Source: Candidatus Sericytochromatia bacterium (GTDB lineage Bacteria > Cyanobacteriota > Sericytochromatia > S15B-MN24 > JAQBPE01). From it: a stretch of DNA of 48,665 nucleotides. Below the pieces are notes generated by a model. It was not told the origin of the DNA. It ran no database searches and saw only the letters and a program-made list of their open reading frames with translations. Below are positions 39,201 through 48,665 of the stretch, in pieces (within the stretch, counting starts at the first letter, position 1; every line of letters begins with the position of its first letter). The stretch is taken from the NCBI GenBank assembly GCA_040400605.1, contig JBBAPZ010000022.1, positions 1 to 48,665 on the forward strand, in the 5' to 3' direction. A program made the translations under genes and the position numbers.

Positions 39201-39769
39201 TCCATGCACTCCTGACTGAAACGTATTTGCTAAAAGGCGATCGCACCCGGGCTCTGGAAGCATTGGCCTTCGTGGAGGCGGCGGGGACAGACATTGCAGG
39301 AGCGGCGATTCTGGCGCAAATCGCCCGGCTGAAGGCGCTTTATCACGATTTGTACGGTCACTCTGCCGAAGCGGTGCACTTTTGGCTTGAAGCGCGCAAC
39401 TGGGCCCGTACGGGAACCTTGGGTTTCACGGAAATTGAAGCGGAATTGTTCCTGCATCGACAACGCTTGACAGGCGCAACCACTGCAACGGAACCTGATT
39501 GGGAGTCCCTGGTTGGCTTGGCTGAGCAATCAGGGGCACCAGCGTGGTTGGCGCTCGTTTTGCTCGCCGCAGCAGAAGCGTCAGCGCCAGACACGGAAGC
39601 TGGCGCCGCTTGGCTAACCCGTGGCACGGAACTTCTAAGACACTACGTGAACGGTTTAAGTCCGCGTTCCGCGCAGGATGATTTCATGGCACATCCCTTG
39701 CGTCAACATTACCGCCACCTGGTCACGGGCGACGTCAGGCCTCTGACAGGACCTGTTGAAACCGCTTAA
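36203..39769 (+). CDS. Pseudokinase - STAND/AAA NTPase - TPR protein
   Basis: Kinase fold (VVLK, HPHLL, YSAPE, SDLYSLG), P-loop GEPGSGTTR, Walker B ILVDD, TGGNP, C-terminal TPR-like helices. Confidence 0.85.
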   Translation: MSMVKTPTQVGPYETTDCLEQGLSHQIFAARDRGSGRLVVLKLAADAEASTQAQYRQTYQRTSRLRHPHLLAVLDHGTAEDGRPYLVMAHHPGEMLNVEDMPVEPVQVARWGVQLASALATLHAHHYAHRSICPAHIWREAGGQLRLAGYASLAPTPAEPLGDRGPYSAPEALRGNAVDSRSDLYSLGVVLYRMLTGTLPTPGASATTLLELARQVPRHGERGGLSAGFARVVVRLLGQDPVDRPTSAEEALSALLPYADGMTPPVAVGRFIPPASWEQWMAKREQPGCFAWVGEPGSGTTRCLEEAFIELRQADRTVAYLSVEAGCGPFDFLERLWRWAAVRAPGTLDGLPKPLQGLVTSLWPWTFPDVRPINEPSRLARVLPELLRRLLNAAAKGTTPYILVDDWAYVDSRSRDLLMAHQNEVLSQVHFLLASPTQVSHAHTLLLEPFDQSSTSTWLNSVLGKPASGALSERLWALTGGNPGWLVEALAHAATLEAANDHLPDKVDALLAATWRVLSITQRTILTLLALHGGGCSRTDWTTTEFLLSSEWPLDLDELLTRRIIREREGRLQLALGWWTEWILTHETPVRLARLATEMARAYQEQAQIMGSNPSPGFTHRIARLAMQGNDLELALDAGCVAAEAALRVMDYDSASTWVKAVQNKVAEADSDFPALAFANRATGIQGEILRYTGQLDASIKVFGDLIANGSDPEQQGRWLVSVGKCHQMANRLSAAAEAYTAAIEISRAAGDLRQCARATASLGRCLFMLGDRTGSAEAYQDALNDARLSHHAGVEAEALAFLGNLAVEHPETAAEGLDLLQQALVLREGVQDPFGKNDTRALLGNALLMLGRPDEARLHFEACRVLAEEIGYHYDIAVACANLALCDVEQGFWRSALNNAQISKVAAKHSDHQQFTGPVCWLETLISAQLGDFRAMLAAHIAAESDEAALSNPYLRCFGLVYAGARHLSLGALEAAIGALAVASDSMERAGGGEYAFKVHALLTETYLLKGDRTRALEALAFVEAAGTDIAGAAILAQIARLKALYHDLYGHSAEAVHFWLEARNWARTGTLGFTEIEAELFLHRQRLTGATTATEPDWESLVGLAEQSGAPAWLALVLLAAAEASAPDTEAGAAWLTRGTELLRHYVNGLSPRSAQDDFMAHPLRQHYRHLVTGDVRPLTGPVETA

Positions 39770-40021
39770 ACTGGCTTTCGCCGTGTCACTTCAGCAAATT
39801 CTGCCCGTCAAGGCATCGCCGTGGTGACGATGTCGGGTCGATGTACCCGCCACGCTGTTTCAGTTCGCAGGCGAAGCACTCGCAAACACCGATTATATGG
39901 CTCATTCAGCGATTTTTATCATTGGATGACAAGATCAACAATGGTGATGATGGCAAACCCACAGACAAAGCGGCGCGAACAACTCCCGTTCGCGCCTCCA
40001 AGCGGGGAAACTGAGGGTGCG

Positions 40022-40136
40022 TGCTCAACCGCATTGATTGGTAAACACGTTTTTGGCAGACATTGCGTGTCAATCGGTGCCTTGATGAGGGATCTGCAAT
40101 TGCCACACACTTTCTGACCAGCAGCCGATGCGCCGC
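40022..40136 (-). repeat. Short form of the intergenic repeat (inverted), immediately after the collagen-like gene stop
   Basis: Minus strand GGCGCATCGGCTGCTGGTCAGAAAGTGTG...CTGCCAAAAACGTGTTTACCAATCAATGCGGTT. Confidence 0.6.
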
Positions 40137-40139
40137 TCA

Positions 40140-42713
40140 TCAGTACATTTCGGTCACAAAGAGCCGTCCCTGTGCCGGATTGACGTTAACAGCCGAACCG
40201 TTGGCGATTTCCATCCGGATCAGGACACGGATCGTACGCGTGGCGGCTCCCACCAGGGGCACAAATGTGGTGATGGGAACCACCGGACCCCAGTCGGTGG
40301 TGGAAACGCCATAGACGTCCTGAGCGTAAAAGATGGTACCATTGACTTCGACCTGGACCCGGGCCCGGCCTTGGGCTGCCGCGACGGTGATGGCATGCAG
40401 CGCGACGCTGCCGGTGATGTACATTCCGCGGCTGCTGGTGGAACTGGTAAAGGTATCATCCAGCAAAACGTAAGGTGCCGGCGCGGCGAAACGGAAGTTG
40501 CCGCCAACGGGGTCAGCGAAGGCAGCCGTATTTTGGAGGCCATCGCCCGCCATCACATACTGTCGGTATACCGTGTTGCCCGACGCACCTTGTTCACCGG
40601 CCACTGAGACGTTGCATGCTCCGAGGTTGGTGCCTGCGGCGGCATCGCCGGGATACCCCTGGGGCGTAACGGTCAAGCGACGGTTGGCGACATCAACAAC
40701 ATTAAGGCGCACATACGAACGCGCCGTACCATTGCTCAGCAGCAGCATCGAACCGGCGCTGAACGCGCTGACATTTGCGACATCAATGGTTTGCGCGACC
40801 CCTGTCACCCCCACCGTAAAGTTGGCCGTTGTAGTCAAAGGCGTAGCGCCATCTGCACCCGTCGCGCCAGCCGCACCGGCGGCGCCGGTGGCTCCAATGG
40901 GGCCTGTCGCACCAATCTCGCCCGTCACCACCACATTGCTATCGCCCAGGTTGGTGCCTGCAATCGCATCGCCTGGGTAACCTAGGGGCGTCACGGTGAT
41001 GCGGTTGTTTGGATTGTCGACATTGTTGACCCGTGCGTAGATGCGCCCCGCGTTACTTCCGATAAACACCACGGCACCCACCACAAAAGGAACCGCAGAA
41101 GCCACGACCAAGGTCTGGGGAGCGCCCAAAACGCCCACCGTAAAATTCGTGGTTGTCGATCGCTGCGCAGGCCCCGGCGCTCCCGCCGCACCTGCCGTAC
41201 CTGTCGCGCCGGCAGGTCCCGTCGCCCCAATCTCGCCCGTCACCACCACATTGCTGTCACCGAGGTTGGTGCCTGCGATCGCATCACCCGGATAACCCTG
41301 GGGAATCACCGTGATGCGGCTGTTAAACACATCCACGGTATCCACCCTGGCGTAGATGCGCCCCGCGTTACTCCCGATAAACACCACGGCACCCACCACA
41401 AACGGCACCACCGAGGCCACGGTCACGGCCTGCGGCGCTCCCCACACACCCACGGTAAAATTGCTCGTCGTCGATCGCTGCGCGGGTCCCGGCGCCCCTG
41501 CCGCACCTGTCAAGCCCTGCGGCCCTTGCAGACCCTGTGGTCCTTGTGGTCCAGCCACTCCCTGAATGCCCTGCACGCCTTGAGGCCCCTGCGCACCCGC
41601 CACAGCAATCACCGCACCCGTGTTGTAAGTGAAGCCAATTGGCTGATCCCCGGGCGCCAACAACGGCGTCAAGGTCAACGTCGCATCATCCTTGGCCGTC
41701 AACGCAAAATAATTCCGACTGCCACCCTGAGCCAACATCAACACGCTACCCGGCACAAACGCCACCGTCTGCTCAACCGCCAATTGGATCGGCGTATTGC
41801 CCACCGTGTACGGCGTTCGAGTCAACGTCACCGGTGACGCACCCACAGGACCCGCAACACCCTGCGGGCCCTGCGCTCCCACCACACCAATCAATGCTCC
41901 GGCATTAAAGATGGTGCCACCAGGGGCATTACCGGTCGCACTCATCGGCATCAACGTCAACGTCCCCGCCGTCTTGCCAAGCACACGCATATACAACAAA
42001 TTGGTCCCCTGCGCCAACAGCACCACACTGTTGGGCACAAAGGCACTGGTTTCATCAACATTCAAAGTCACCTGCGCAGGCCCCGCCATATAATCCTGCC
42101 GCGTTGTCGTCAAAGCAATTGGCCCCGCCGGTCCGACTGGCCCAACAGGCCCCGCAGGACCAATCGGGCCAGTCAAACCGCGCAACCCAGCGACACCCAC
42201 CACCGTGCGAACACCGAAATCGGTCCCATTTGGTGCATCACCGGCGTACTTAAGCGGTAAAATCGTCACGGTGCGATCGCCCACCGCCGTCAACACCCCA
42301 TGCACGACCCTGCCGTTATTCGACAAGATCAAGACAGAACCCACCACGAACGCACTGGCCTCCTCCACGCCAATCGTCGCCTCCGAATCCCCCAACCGAA
42401 ACGTCGACGTGGTCAAGGTAATCGGACTCGCCCCCTGCGGGCCCCGCTCGCCCACCCCAACCGGCCCCCGCGGCCCTTCAGGCCCCTGCAAACCCACAGG
42501 CCCGTTGGCACCACGGACCCCTTGCGCCCCCTCAGGACCCCGCGGCCCCTCCGGCCCCAGTGGGCCTTCAGGCCCCACATACGCCGTCTGCGTCCCTGTC
42601 GTTCCAGGTAAACGCGCCACCTGAATCGTACCCGTCACAGGGTCCAGCGGCGCACCACAACCCAACAGCAAGCTGGAGCAAAGACTTACCCACGTCACGC
42701 CACGCGCGCGCAT
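40140..42713 (-). CDS. Collagen-like lipoprotein with six repeated globular modules and a C-terminal domain
   Basis: Lipobox LLGC; Gly-X-Y tracts alternate with ~75-80 aa modules (T..F.VG...AFV.GSV...YPGD...G...V.V.G). Confidence 0.88.
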   Translation of the reverse strand: MRARGVTWVSLCSSLLLGCGAPLDPVTGTIQVARLPGTTGTQTAYVGPEGPLGPEGPRGPEGAQGVRGANGPVGLQGPEGPRGPVGVGERGPQGASPITLTTSTFRLGDSEATIGVEEASAFVVGSVLILSNNGRVVHGVLTAVGDRTVTILPLKYAGDAPNGTDFGVRTVVGVAGLRGLTGPIGPAGPVGPVGPAGPIALTTTRQDYMAGPAQVTLNVDETSAFVPNSVVLLAQGTNLLYMRVLGKTAGTLTLMPMSATGNAPGGTIFNAGALIGVVGAQGPQGVAGPVGASPVTLTRTPYTVGNTPIQLAVEQTVAFVPGSVLMLAQGGSRNYFALTAKDDATLTLTPLLAPGDQPIGFTYNTGAVIAVAGAQGPQGVQGIQGVAGPQGPQGLQGPQGLTGAAGAPGPAQRSTTSNFTVGVWGAPQAVTVASVVPFVVGAVVFIGSNAGRIYARVDTVDVFNSRITVIPQGYPGDAIAGTNLGDSNVVVTGEIGATGPAGATGTAGAAGAPGPAQRSTTTNFTVGVLGAPQTLVVASAVPFVVGAVVFIGSNAGRIYARVNNVDNPNNRITVTPLGYPGDAIAGTNLGDSNVVVTGEIGATGPIGATGAAGAAGATGADGATPLTTTANFTVGVTGVAQTIDVANVSAFSAGSMLLLSNGTARSYVRLNVVDVANRRLTVTPQGYPGDAAAGTNLGACNVSVAGEQGASGNTVYRQYVMAGDGLQNTAAFADPVGGNFRFAAPAPYVLLDDTFTSSTSSRGMYITGSVALHAITVAAAQGRARVQVEVNGTIFYAQDVYGVSTTDWGPVVPITTFVPLVGAATRTIRVLIRMEIANGSAVNVNPAQGRLFVTEMY
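40901..41507 (-). repeat. Near-identical internal duplication, period 315 nt (modules 4 and 5)
   Basis: [16 protein letters not shown]...[11 protein letters not shown]...[27 protein letters not shown] occurs twice. Confidence 0.9.
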
Positions 42714-43085
42714 CACCACAGTCTCACCTATCTCTCGACTCGAAAGGCTGCCCAAGCCATACATACCAGAAAGAACGGGACCTGAAACCTTCATTCAAGC
42801 ACGTCCGGCAAAATTGCCGGGTGATCATGACCACACCGCAAACGACAGAATCGGGGCTTCGCACCGTGAAAACGGTCCATACGCATCACTGGCACCAATT
42901 GAAAGCCAAATCACTGTGGCAATCAAACCATCACACCCCTTAACGCAACATCTCCCACCCGTGGCAAAAGGAAGCTGCGATACAGGGCATCGATGCCACC
43001 AGCGGATTTGTTGTCGGCTTTCCGCTACAATTGTAGCCCTTCCGCGAATGGATGGTTCGTTTGTTGAGACAGGAGCGTCGCTGCC

Positions 43086-44669
43086 ATGCGTCAAATCGCC
43101 TACCTCGCGCTGCTGCTTGCGATAGGCTGCGCGGATGACATTATCCCCACACCCACTGCGCCTTTAACCAGCCCCACGCCAACGAGCGGTACGGCTCCTT
43201 CAGGCGACCCGTCGTCGTCGCCCAGCCCATCCCTGACACCCGGCGGGAGTCCGGCGCCCAGCGGAAGCCCAACACCTTCAACGTCGCCAACGCCGTCGGG
43301 TGCGATCGCCTCGTCGCCTGGCCCGAGCGGCTCTCCCACCCCAACAGGTTCACCAAGCCTCGCCCCGCTCACCGTCAGTTTCGAAGCCCCGTTGGCCACT
43401 GCGGATTATACGGCGAACACCATGGACATCCGCCTGGTCGCAACCCCCGCCAAGAACATCACCATCAAGGAAATCAACCTCTATTACGATGACACCTTAT
43501 TGCTCAAACAAGCCAGTGACAAAACCCAACTCGAACTCAAAGGCTGGAATCCGCATGTCAAAAACTCGGTGAACAACCAGGACGCCACCGAGGTTGGCAA
43601 CGGGTTACACACCTTGCGCGCCGAGGCTGTTGCCAACAACGGTGAAGCCGTCAATGCGCGACTGACTTTTCAAAAGCCGGTAGTCTTGAGGGGGTGGATC
43701 AATACCACACCCAAAAACGGCTCCCCACAACCCTTGCCCCCATTGACGCCCGCCATGTGGGATGTGCGTGCCGTGGCAAACCGCAATCGCGTGTTTGCGC
43801 TCTTTGGTCGCACGGGCAATAACGGTTCATTGCAGAACGATGTGCAGATGCTGAATGTGGATGTGTTTGCGCCGCAATGGGAGACACTCCCTGTGCCAAC
43901 GGACATCACATCGCGATTGGGGGTGGCGATCGCCGTGCTGGACGATCGCCTCTACCTCGCTGGCGGCCACCCGTTCAATGAGACCGCAGTCAAACAGGTC
44001 TGTAGCACGGGGTTTTTTGATCCCACCGTCCTTAACTTGCCGGACTTGCCAACAGCACTCACGGATGCTTCCGCTGCCGTTTTGGGGCGGCAACTATACG
44101 TGGCGGGAGGCCGTACGGGCACCTCAAACGGTCCGGCAACCCGGGCCTGTTACCGTTTGAGTCTGGACGCGGATGGCAAAGCGGCCACCACCGCAAACTG
44201 GGAGACCGTGGCTGATTTGCCGCCGGAGGTGGGGCCTGTGTCAGGGGCTTTGGTGGCTCATGACAATGCGCTGTATTGGTTGGGTGGCGACGATGGGGTG
44301 TCGCGGTATCGCGAGGCGATCGCAAAATTCAACCCCGCAGGCAATCGCTGGGCGATCGAGCAATACCTGCCACGGGGTGTCCGCCACGCTGCAGTCGCAT
44401 CCCACGGGGGCTTCGTGTGGGTGTTGGGTGGAGAAGTGTCGGCAACCGCCATCACCGATCAGGTGGTGCGTTATGACCCTCAGACGCGAAGGGTGACAAC
44501 CTTCCCGAATCCTGTTGCATCAGGCGATCCCAGACTGAACCTGCCAGGCCCACTGGCGGGGGCGGCTGCCGTCAGTACCGGGACCCATTTGTACCTGCTG
44601 GGTGGCAACGCAAAAACGCCAGGCAGCCCAGTGCCACAGGCAGAAGTCTGGCGCGCGGACTTGTTGTGA
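43086..44669 (+). CDS. Kelch-repeat lipoprotein with S/P/T linker and Ig-like domain
   Basis: AGGAG RBS, lipobox AIGC; LYLAGG/LYVAGG/LYWLGG/VWVLGG/LYLLGG Kelch blades; GLHTLRAEA Ig-like strand. Confidence 0.88.
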   Translation: MRQIAYLALLLAIGCADDIIPTPTAPLTSPTPTSGTAPSGDPSSSPSPSLTPGGSPAPSGSPTPSTSPTPSGAIASSPGPSGSPTPTGSPSLAPLTVSFEAPLATADYTANTMDIRLVATPAKNITIKEINLYYDDTLLLKQASDKTQLELKGWNPHVKNSVNNQDATEVGNGLHTLRAEAVANNGEAVNARLTFQKPVVLRGWINTTPKNGSPQPLPPLTPAMWDVRAVANRNRVFALFGRTGNNGSLQNDVQMLNVDVFAPQWETLPVPTDITSRLGVAIAVLDDRLYLAGGHPFNETAVKQVCSTGFFDPTVLNLPDLPTALTDASAAVLGRQLYVAGGRTGTSNGPATRACYRLSLDADGKAATTANWETVADLPPEVGPVSGALVAHDNALYWLGGDDGVSRYREAIAKFNPAGNRWAIEQYLPRGVRHAAVASHGGFVWVLGGEVSATAITDQVVRYDPQTRRVTTFPNPVASGDPRLNLPGPLAGAAAVSTGTHLYLLGGNAKTPGSPVPQAEVWRADLL

Positions 44670-44706
44670 GTGAACCCTTGATGATGGGTGTAGAGGGGAA
44701 GGTGAC

Positions 44707-45537
44707 GTGACACATTTTGAAGCCATGGTGCTTGGCATCGTGCAGGGATTGACGGAGTTTTTACCTGTGAGCAGCACCGCGCATTTGGCGTTGGTGCCGT
44801 GGTTGATGGGCTGGTCCGACCCAGGGTTGGCTTTTGATGTCGCCTTGCACGTCGGGACCTTGCTGGCGGTCACGGTTTTTTTCAGGCAGGACCTTTGGGC
44901 GATGGCGAGGGCGTTTGTTAAGTCCTTGCCCCGGCCGGACCTGAGTGATGCCTATCAACGGCTCGCGTGGTGGGTGATTGTGGGGTGTGTGCCTGCGGTG
45001 GTTGCTGGGGTGTTGCTGGAGGATTGGATTGAGGGTGCGTTGCGATCGCCTGCGGTCATCGCAACGATGCTCATCACCGTGGCGTTGCTGATTGCCTGGG
45101 CGGAGCGCCGGGGTTCCTTGACGCGTGATTTGGAACACCTGACCTGGCGCGAGGCACTGCTCATCGGTTTGGCGCAGGCCTGCGCCCTGATTCCTGGCAC
45201 CTCGCGCAGCGGCGCCACCATGACGATGGCGTTGTTTTTGGGGTTTGCGCGGCCTGAAGCGGCGCGTTTTTCGTTTTTGCTCGGCTATCCCGTCATTTTG
45301 GGCAGTGCGTTGTTCAAGCTGAAAGATTTGGCGGCCACAGGCGCACTCAGCACCCATGCCGTGCCGTTGGCAATTGGGATCGCAAGTTCCGCGGTGAGTG
45401 GTTATCTGTGTGTGCGTTTCTTGTTGCGATTTCTGGCGAGTCATACGATGAGCGTTTTTGTGGTGTATCGCATCGTGCTGGGTCTTGTCATCATCGGCTT
45501 GTTGGCGAGTGGGATGGGGGGCGGCCTCGGGCTTTGA
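44707..45537 (+). CDS. uppP: Undecaprenyl-diphosphate phosphatase (BacA)
   Basis: GIVQGLTEFLPVSSTAHL, ALIPGTSRSGAT, AARFSFLL. Confidence 0.97.
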   Translation: MTHFEAMVLGIVQGLTEFLPVSSTAHLALVPWLMGWSDPGLAFDVALHVGTLLAVTVFFRQDLWAMARAFVKSLPRPDLSDAYQRLAWWVIVGCVPAVVAGVLLEDWIEGALRSPAVIATMLITVALLIAWAERRGSLTRDLEHLTWREALLIGLAQACALIPGTSRSGATMTMALFLGFARPEAARFSFLLGYPVILGSALFKLKDLAATGALSTHAVPLAIGIASSAVSGYLCVRFLLRFLASHTMSVFVVYRIVLGLVIIGLLASGMGGGLGL

Positions 45538-45625
45538 CAACGCCGCAAGCAAGCCGTAACCTTATATTTCACCTGTTTCACCGTGACGTGACGGTAGGCG
45601 AGGTGTCTGTGCGGGGGGATGAAGC

Positions 45626-46528
45626 ATGGCGACAACGAAAATGCCGAAACCTGAGTGGCTGAAGGTACGCGCGCCGGGTGGTGAACGTTATGGGTTTATC
45701 AAGGGACGCTTGCGCGAATTGGGGCTAGTGACGGTATGTGAGGAAGCCCGCTGTCCGAATGTGTCGGAATGTTGGGGCGGCGGCACGGCGACTTTTATGT
45801 TGATGGGCGATACGTGCACGCGCGGGTGTCGTTTTTGTGCGGTCAAGACCAATCGCAAGGGGCAGCCGATTGACCCGGAGGAACCCGTCAAGGTGGCGGG
45901 GATGATTACCCAGCTCGGGCTTGATTACATTGTGCTGACGTCTGTGGATCGCGATGATCTTGACGATCAGGGGTCGGGGCATTTTGCGCGCACGGTGGTG
46001 GAAGTGAAACAGCGATCGCCTGAGTTGCTGGTTGAGGTGCTGATTCCTGATTTTAGGGGCGATCGCACGTGTCTTGAGACCTTGTGCGCGTCCAAACCGG
46101 ATGTTATCGCGCACAATATCGAGACGGTGCAGCGGTTGACTCCATCGGTGCGCGATCCACGCGCCACGTATCAGCAATCGTTGGATGTGCTGCAGATGAT
46201 CAAGGCGATTGATGCAGGCATTGTGACCAAGTCCTCGATTATGTTGGGCCTCGGTGAGACGGAAGACGAGGTCATTCAGGCCTTGCGCGACTTACGCGCG
46301 GTGGATTGCGAGATTGTCACGTTCGGACAGTATTTGCAGCCGACACCCAAGCATCTGCCGGTGAAAGAGTTTTTGACGCCCGACGCCTATGCGCACTACC
46401 AGCGGGTGGCTGAGGGCATGGGGTTCCGCTACGTCGCGTCGGGCCCGTTGGTGCGGAGTTCTTATCGGGCGGGTGAGCTGTTTGTCAAGGGAATGCTTGA
46501 AGAGCGGCGGCACGTCGCTGCGGTGTGA
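45626..46528 (+). CDS. lipA: Lipoyl synthase
   Basis: CEEARCPNVSEC, CTRGCRFC, GPLVRSSY. Confidence 0.98.
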   Translation: MATTKMPKPEWLKVRAPGGERYGFIKGRLRELGLVTVCEEARCPNVSECWGGGTATFMLMGDTCTRGCRFCAVKTNRKGQPIDPEEPVKVAGMITQLGLDYIVLTSVDRDDLDDQGSGHFARTVVEVKQRSPELLVEVLIPDFRGDRTCLETLCASKPDVIAHNIETVQRLTPSVRDPRATYQQSLDVLQMIKAIDAGIVTKSSIMLGLGETEDEVIQALRDLRAVDCEIVTFGQYLQPTPKHLPVKEFLTPDAYAHYQRVAEGMGFRYVASGPLVRSSYRAGELFVKGMLEERRHVAAV

Positions 46529-46558
46529 GGGTAATCGCTTAGAAAGTATGGTTTTTTC

Positions 46559-47524
46559 ATGCCAACCATGAACATCATCCAGGCGGTCAATGACGCCCTG
46601 CGGCTGGAGATGCGACGCGATGAACGCGTCGTGGTTCTCGGTGAGGACGTGGGTAAGTTCGGCGGCGTGTTTCGCGCGACGACAGGTTTGCAGGAAGAAT
46701 TCGGTGAGGGCCGTGTGATGGACACGCCCCTCAATGAATGTGGCATTTTGGGAACGTCGATTGGCATGGCGTTGTATGGTTTGCGACCGGTGCCTGAGAT
46801 TCAGTTTGCGGATTTCGTGTATCCGGCGTTTGACCAAATCACCAACGAGCTGGCCAAATACCGCTTTCGCTCGGGTGGTCAGTACGCAGCGCCGGTGGTG
46901 GTGCGGATGCCGGTCGGCGGGGGCATCAAAGGGGGCCATTACCATTCCCAATGTAACGAGGCGTATTTTACGCACACGGCGGGCTTGCAGGTGGTGGTGC
47001 CGTCAAATCCCTATGACGCCAAGGGGTTGCTGGCGTCCGCGATTCGGGGCGCGGACCCTGTGATTTTTATGGAGCCCAAGCGGGTGTACCGTGCGGCGCG
47101 TGCGGAGGTGCCGGAAGCGGCGTATACGATCCCGCTTGGGGTGGCCAACTGTTTGCAGCCGGGGCGTGATGTGACCGTGTTGACCTATGGGGCGATCGCC
47201 CACACGGTGATGGAAGCGGTGCAAGCCACGGATCTTTCCGTGGAGGTTTTGGATCTGCGCACCCTCATCCCGTTGGACATCAATGCCATTTTGGCGTCGG
47301 TCACCAAAACCGGACGCTGTGTAATTGTGCATGAAGCGCCGCGCACCTGTGGCTTCGGTGCGGAATTGGCGGCACTGGTGTCTGAAAAGGCCTTTTTGTA
47401 CCTGGAGGCGCCGGTGCTGCGGGTGACCGGTTACGACACGCCGTTCCCATACACACTGGAGCATGAGTATTTGCCCGATGTTCCGCGCATTTTGGCTGCT
47501 TTGCAGCAAAGCGTTGCATTTTAA
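46559..47524 (+). CDS. 2-oxoacid dehydrogenase E1 beta subunit (branched-chain/pyruvate type)
   Basis: LGEDVGKFGGVFRAT, DTPLNE, EIQFADF, YHSQ, DLRTLIPLD. Confidence 0.95.
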   Translation: MPTMNIIQAVNDALRLEMRRDERVVVLGEDVGKFGGVFRATTGLQEEFGEGRVMDTPLNECGILGTSIGMALYGLRPVPEIQFADFVYPAFDQITNELAKYRFRSGGQYAAPVVVRMPVGGGIKGGHYHSQCNEAYFTHTAGLQVVVPSNPYDAKGLLASAIRGADPVIFMEPKRVYRAARAEVPEAAYTIPLGVANCLQPGRDVTVLTYGAIAHTVMEAVQATDLSVEVLDLRTLIPLDINAILASVTKTGRCVIVHEAPRTCGFGAELAALVSEKAFLYLEAPVLRVTGYDTPFPYTLEHEYLPDVPRILAALQQSVAF

Positions 47525-47559
47525 CTTGACCAAATGGTAGCTACAGAAGGAGCGTGTAA

Positions 47560-48665
47560 ATGAGCCAAGTGACGCTGGTTGAGACCCGTCCCGGAGAATT
47601 CGAGTTTCGTTTGCCTGACATCGGTGAGGGGGTTGTTGAGGGCGAGGTCGTGCGTTGGCTGGTGGCGGATGGCGATGCGGTCGTGGAGGATCAGCCGGTC
47701 GTTGAAATTATGACCGACAAGGCGACGGTGGAAATACCGAGCCCCAAAACGGGCCAGGTGTTGAAGCGCTTCTGGCAAGAAGGCCAGATTTGCCCGGTGG
47801 GACAGGCGCTGCTGCTGATTGGCGGCGCACAAGGTGGTGTTGCATCGTCCGAGCGTGCTGAGTCGCCTGTTGTTGCAAGCGCTGCCCCAGTCCCGGCGGC
47901 GCCTGTGGTGGCGATGGCGCAACCGGCAGCCGCAACGCAACCGGCCGGCGTGACGCGGGAGAATGGCGCGCGGGCCTTGGCTGCGCCTGCCACCCGACAG
48001 TTGGCCCGGGAGTTGGGGGTGGATATTCAAAGCGTTCCCGCTACGGGCCCACACGGTCGGGTGACCAAAGCGGATGTGAGCGCCTTTCATGCGGCCCCGG
48101 TTGCCGCGGCGGTTGCGGCGGTGGGATCACCGAAGGCTGCGGCGGTTGCGATCGCCTCACAAGCAGGGGATGAGCGTCGGCCACTGAGGGGCTTGCGGCG
48201 CAAGATCGCCGAGAAGATGACGCAATCAGCGTTCACTGCGCCCCACGTCACCACCTTTGATGAAGTGGATATGACGGCCTTGGTGGCCTTGCGCGCGCGC
48301 ATGAAAGGCCAGGCGGAGGCGCGCGGGCTGAAGCTGTCTTACATGCCGTTCGTTATGAAGGCAGTGCTTGCGGCATTGCGGCGTTTCCCTGTTTTCAACG
48401 CGAGTCTGGATGAGACCACGCAAGAAATCGTGATCAAGAAAGACGTGCATCTGGGTTTTGCCGCCGCGACGGACAACGGGTTGATGGTACCAGTGGTGCG
48501 GCATGCGGGAAGCAAGAGCGTGTGGACCTTGGCACAGGAGATTGGGGCGATCGCCGAGCGAACCCGTCAGGGCAAGGCGGCTGCGGATGAGTTGAGCGGC
48601 AGCAGCTTTACCATCTCGAACGTGGGCTCCTTGGGTGGGTTGTTTGCGACGCCGATCATCAACTA
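47560..48665 (+). CDS. 2-oxoacid dehydrogenase E2 (dihydrolipoamide acyltransferase), partial
   Basis: AAGGAG RBS; my translation gives LPDIGEGVVEGE...MTDKATVEIPSP (lipoyl domain), LAAPATRQLARELGVDI, and SFTISNVGSLGG...TPIIN. Runs off the window. Confidence 0.95.
   Translation, partial: MSQVTLVETRPGEFEFRLPDIGEGVVEGEVVRWLVADGDAVVEDQPVVEIMTDKATVEIPSPKTGQVLKRFWQEGQICPVGQALLLIGGAQGGVASSERAESPVVASAAPVPAAPVVAMAQPAAATQPAGVTRENGARALAAPATRQLARELGVDIQSVPATGPHGRVTKADVSAFHAAPVAAAVAAVGSPKAAAVAIASQAGDERRPLRGLRRKIAEKMTQSAFTAPHVTTFDEVDMTALVALRARMKGQAEARGLKLSYMPFVMKAVLAALRRFPVFNASLDETTQEIVIKKDVHLGFAAATDNGLMVPVVRHAGSKSVWTLAQEIGAIAERTRQGKAAADELSGSSFTISNVGSLGGLFATPIIN

Noticed and set aside
40702..40712. TTAAGGCG as target of the predicted omegaRNA guide
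   Set aside because: Only 8 nt match and no adjacent TTAC; expected by chance.

Overview
A bacterial chromosomal window of roughly 58-60% GC (estimated by eye). The organism is probably a non-photosynthetic relative of the Cyanobacteria such as Ca. Sericytochromatia; this is inferred from abundant HIP1 (GCGATCGC), a DUF3370 protein and LVAQGGGN-repeat lipoproteins. Housekeeping content: tmRNA (ssrA), eno-pyk, an S4 RNA-binding protein, uppP, lipA with 2-oxoacid dehydrogenase E1beta and E2, an acetyl-CoA hydrolase/transferase and a photolyase/cryptochrome. These are interleaved with about ten predicted lipoproteins. Most notable: (1) a three-gene operon resembling the sulfoquinovose monooxygenase pathway (SmoB-like reductase, SmoC-like monooxygenase, MFS transporter); (2) a 255-bp IS608-like mini-element reduced to its left end plus the tnpB 3' tip/omegaRNA and right end; (3) a degenerate palindromic intergenic repeat family with long (~220 bp) and short (~105-115 bp) forms; (4) paralogous lipoproteins sharing an N-terminal Y-x-x-x-Q motif and a terminal beta-strand motif, one with eight perfect LVAQGGGN repeats; (5) two apparent pseudo-enzymes, a degenerate half DEAD-box helicase and a pseudokinase-STAND-TPR protein; (6) a collagen-like lipoprotein with six repeated globular modules. 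No CRISPR array, integrase or intact transposase was seen. All family assignments are by eye, without database searches.
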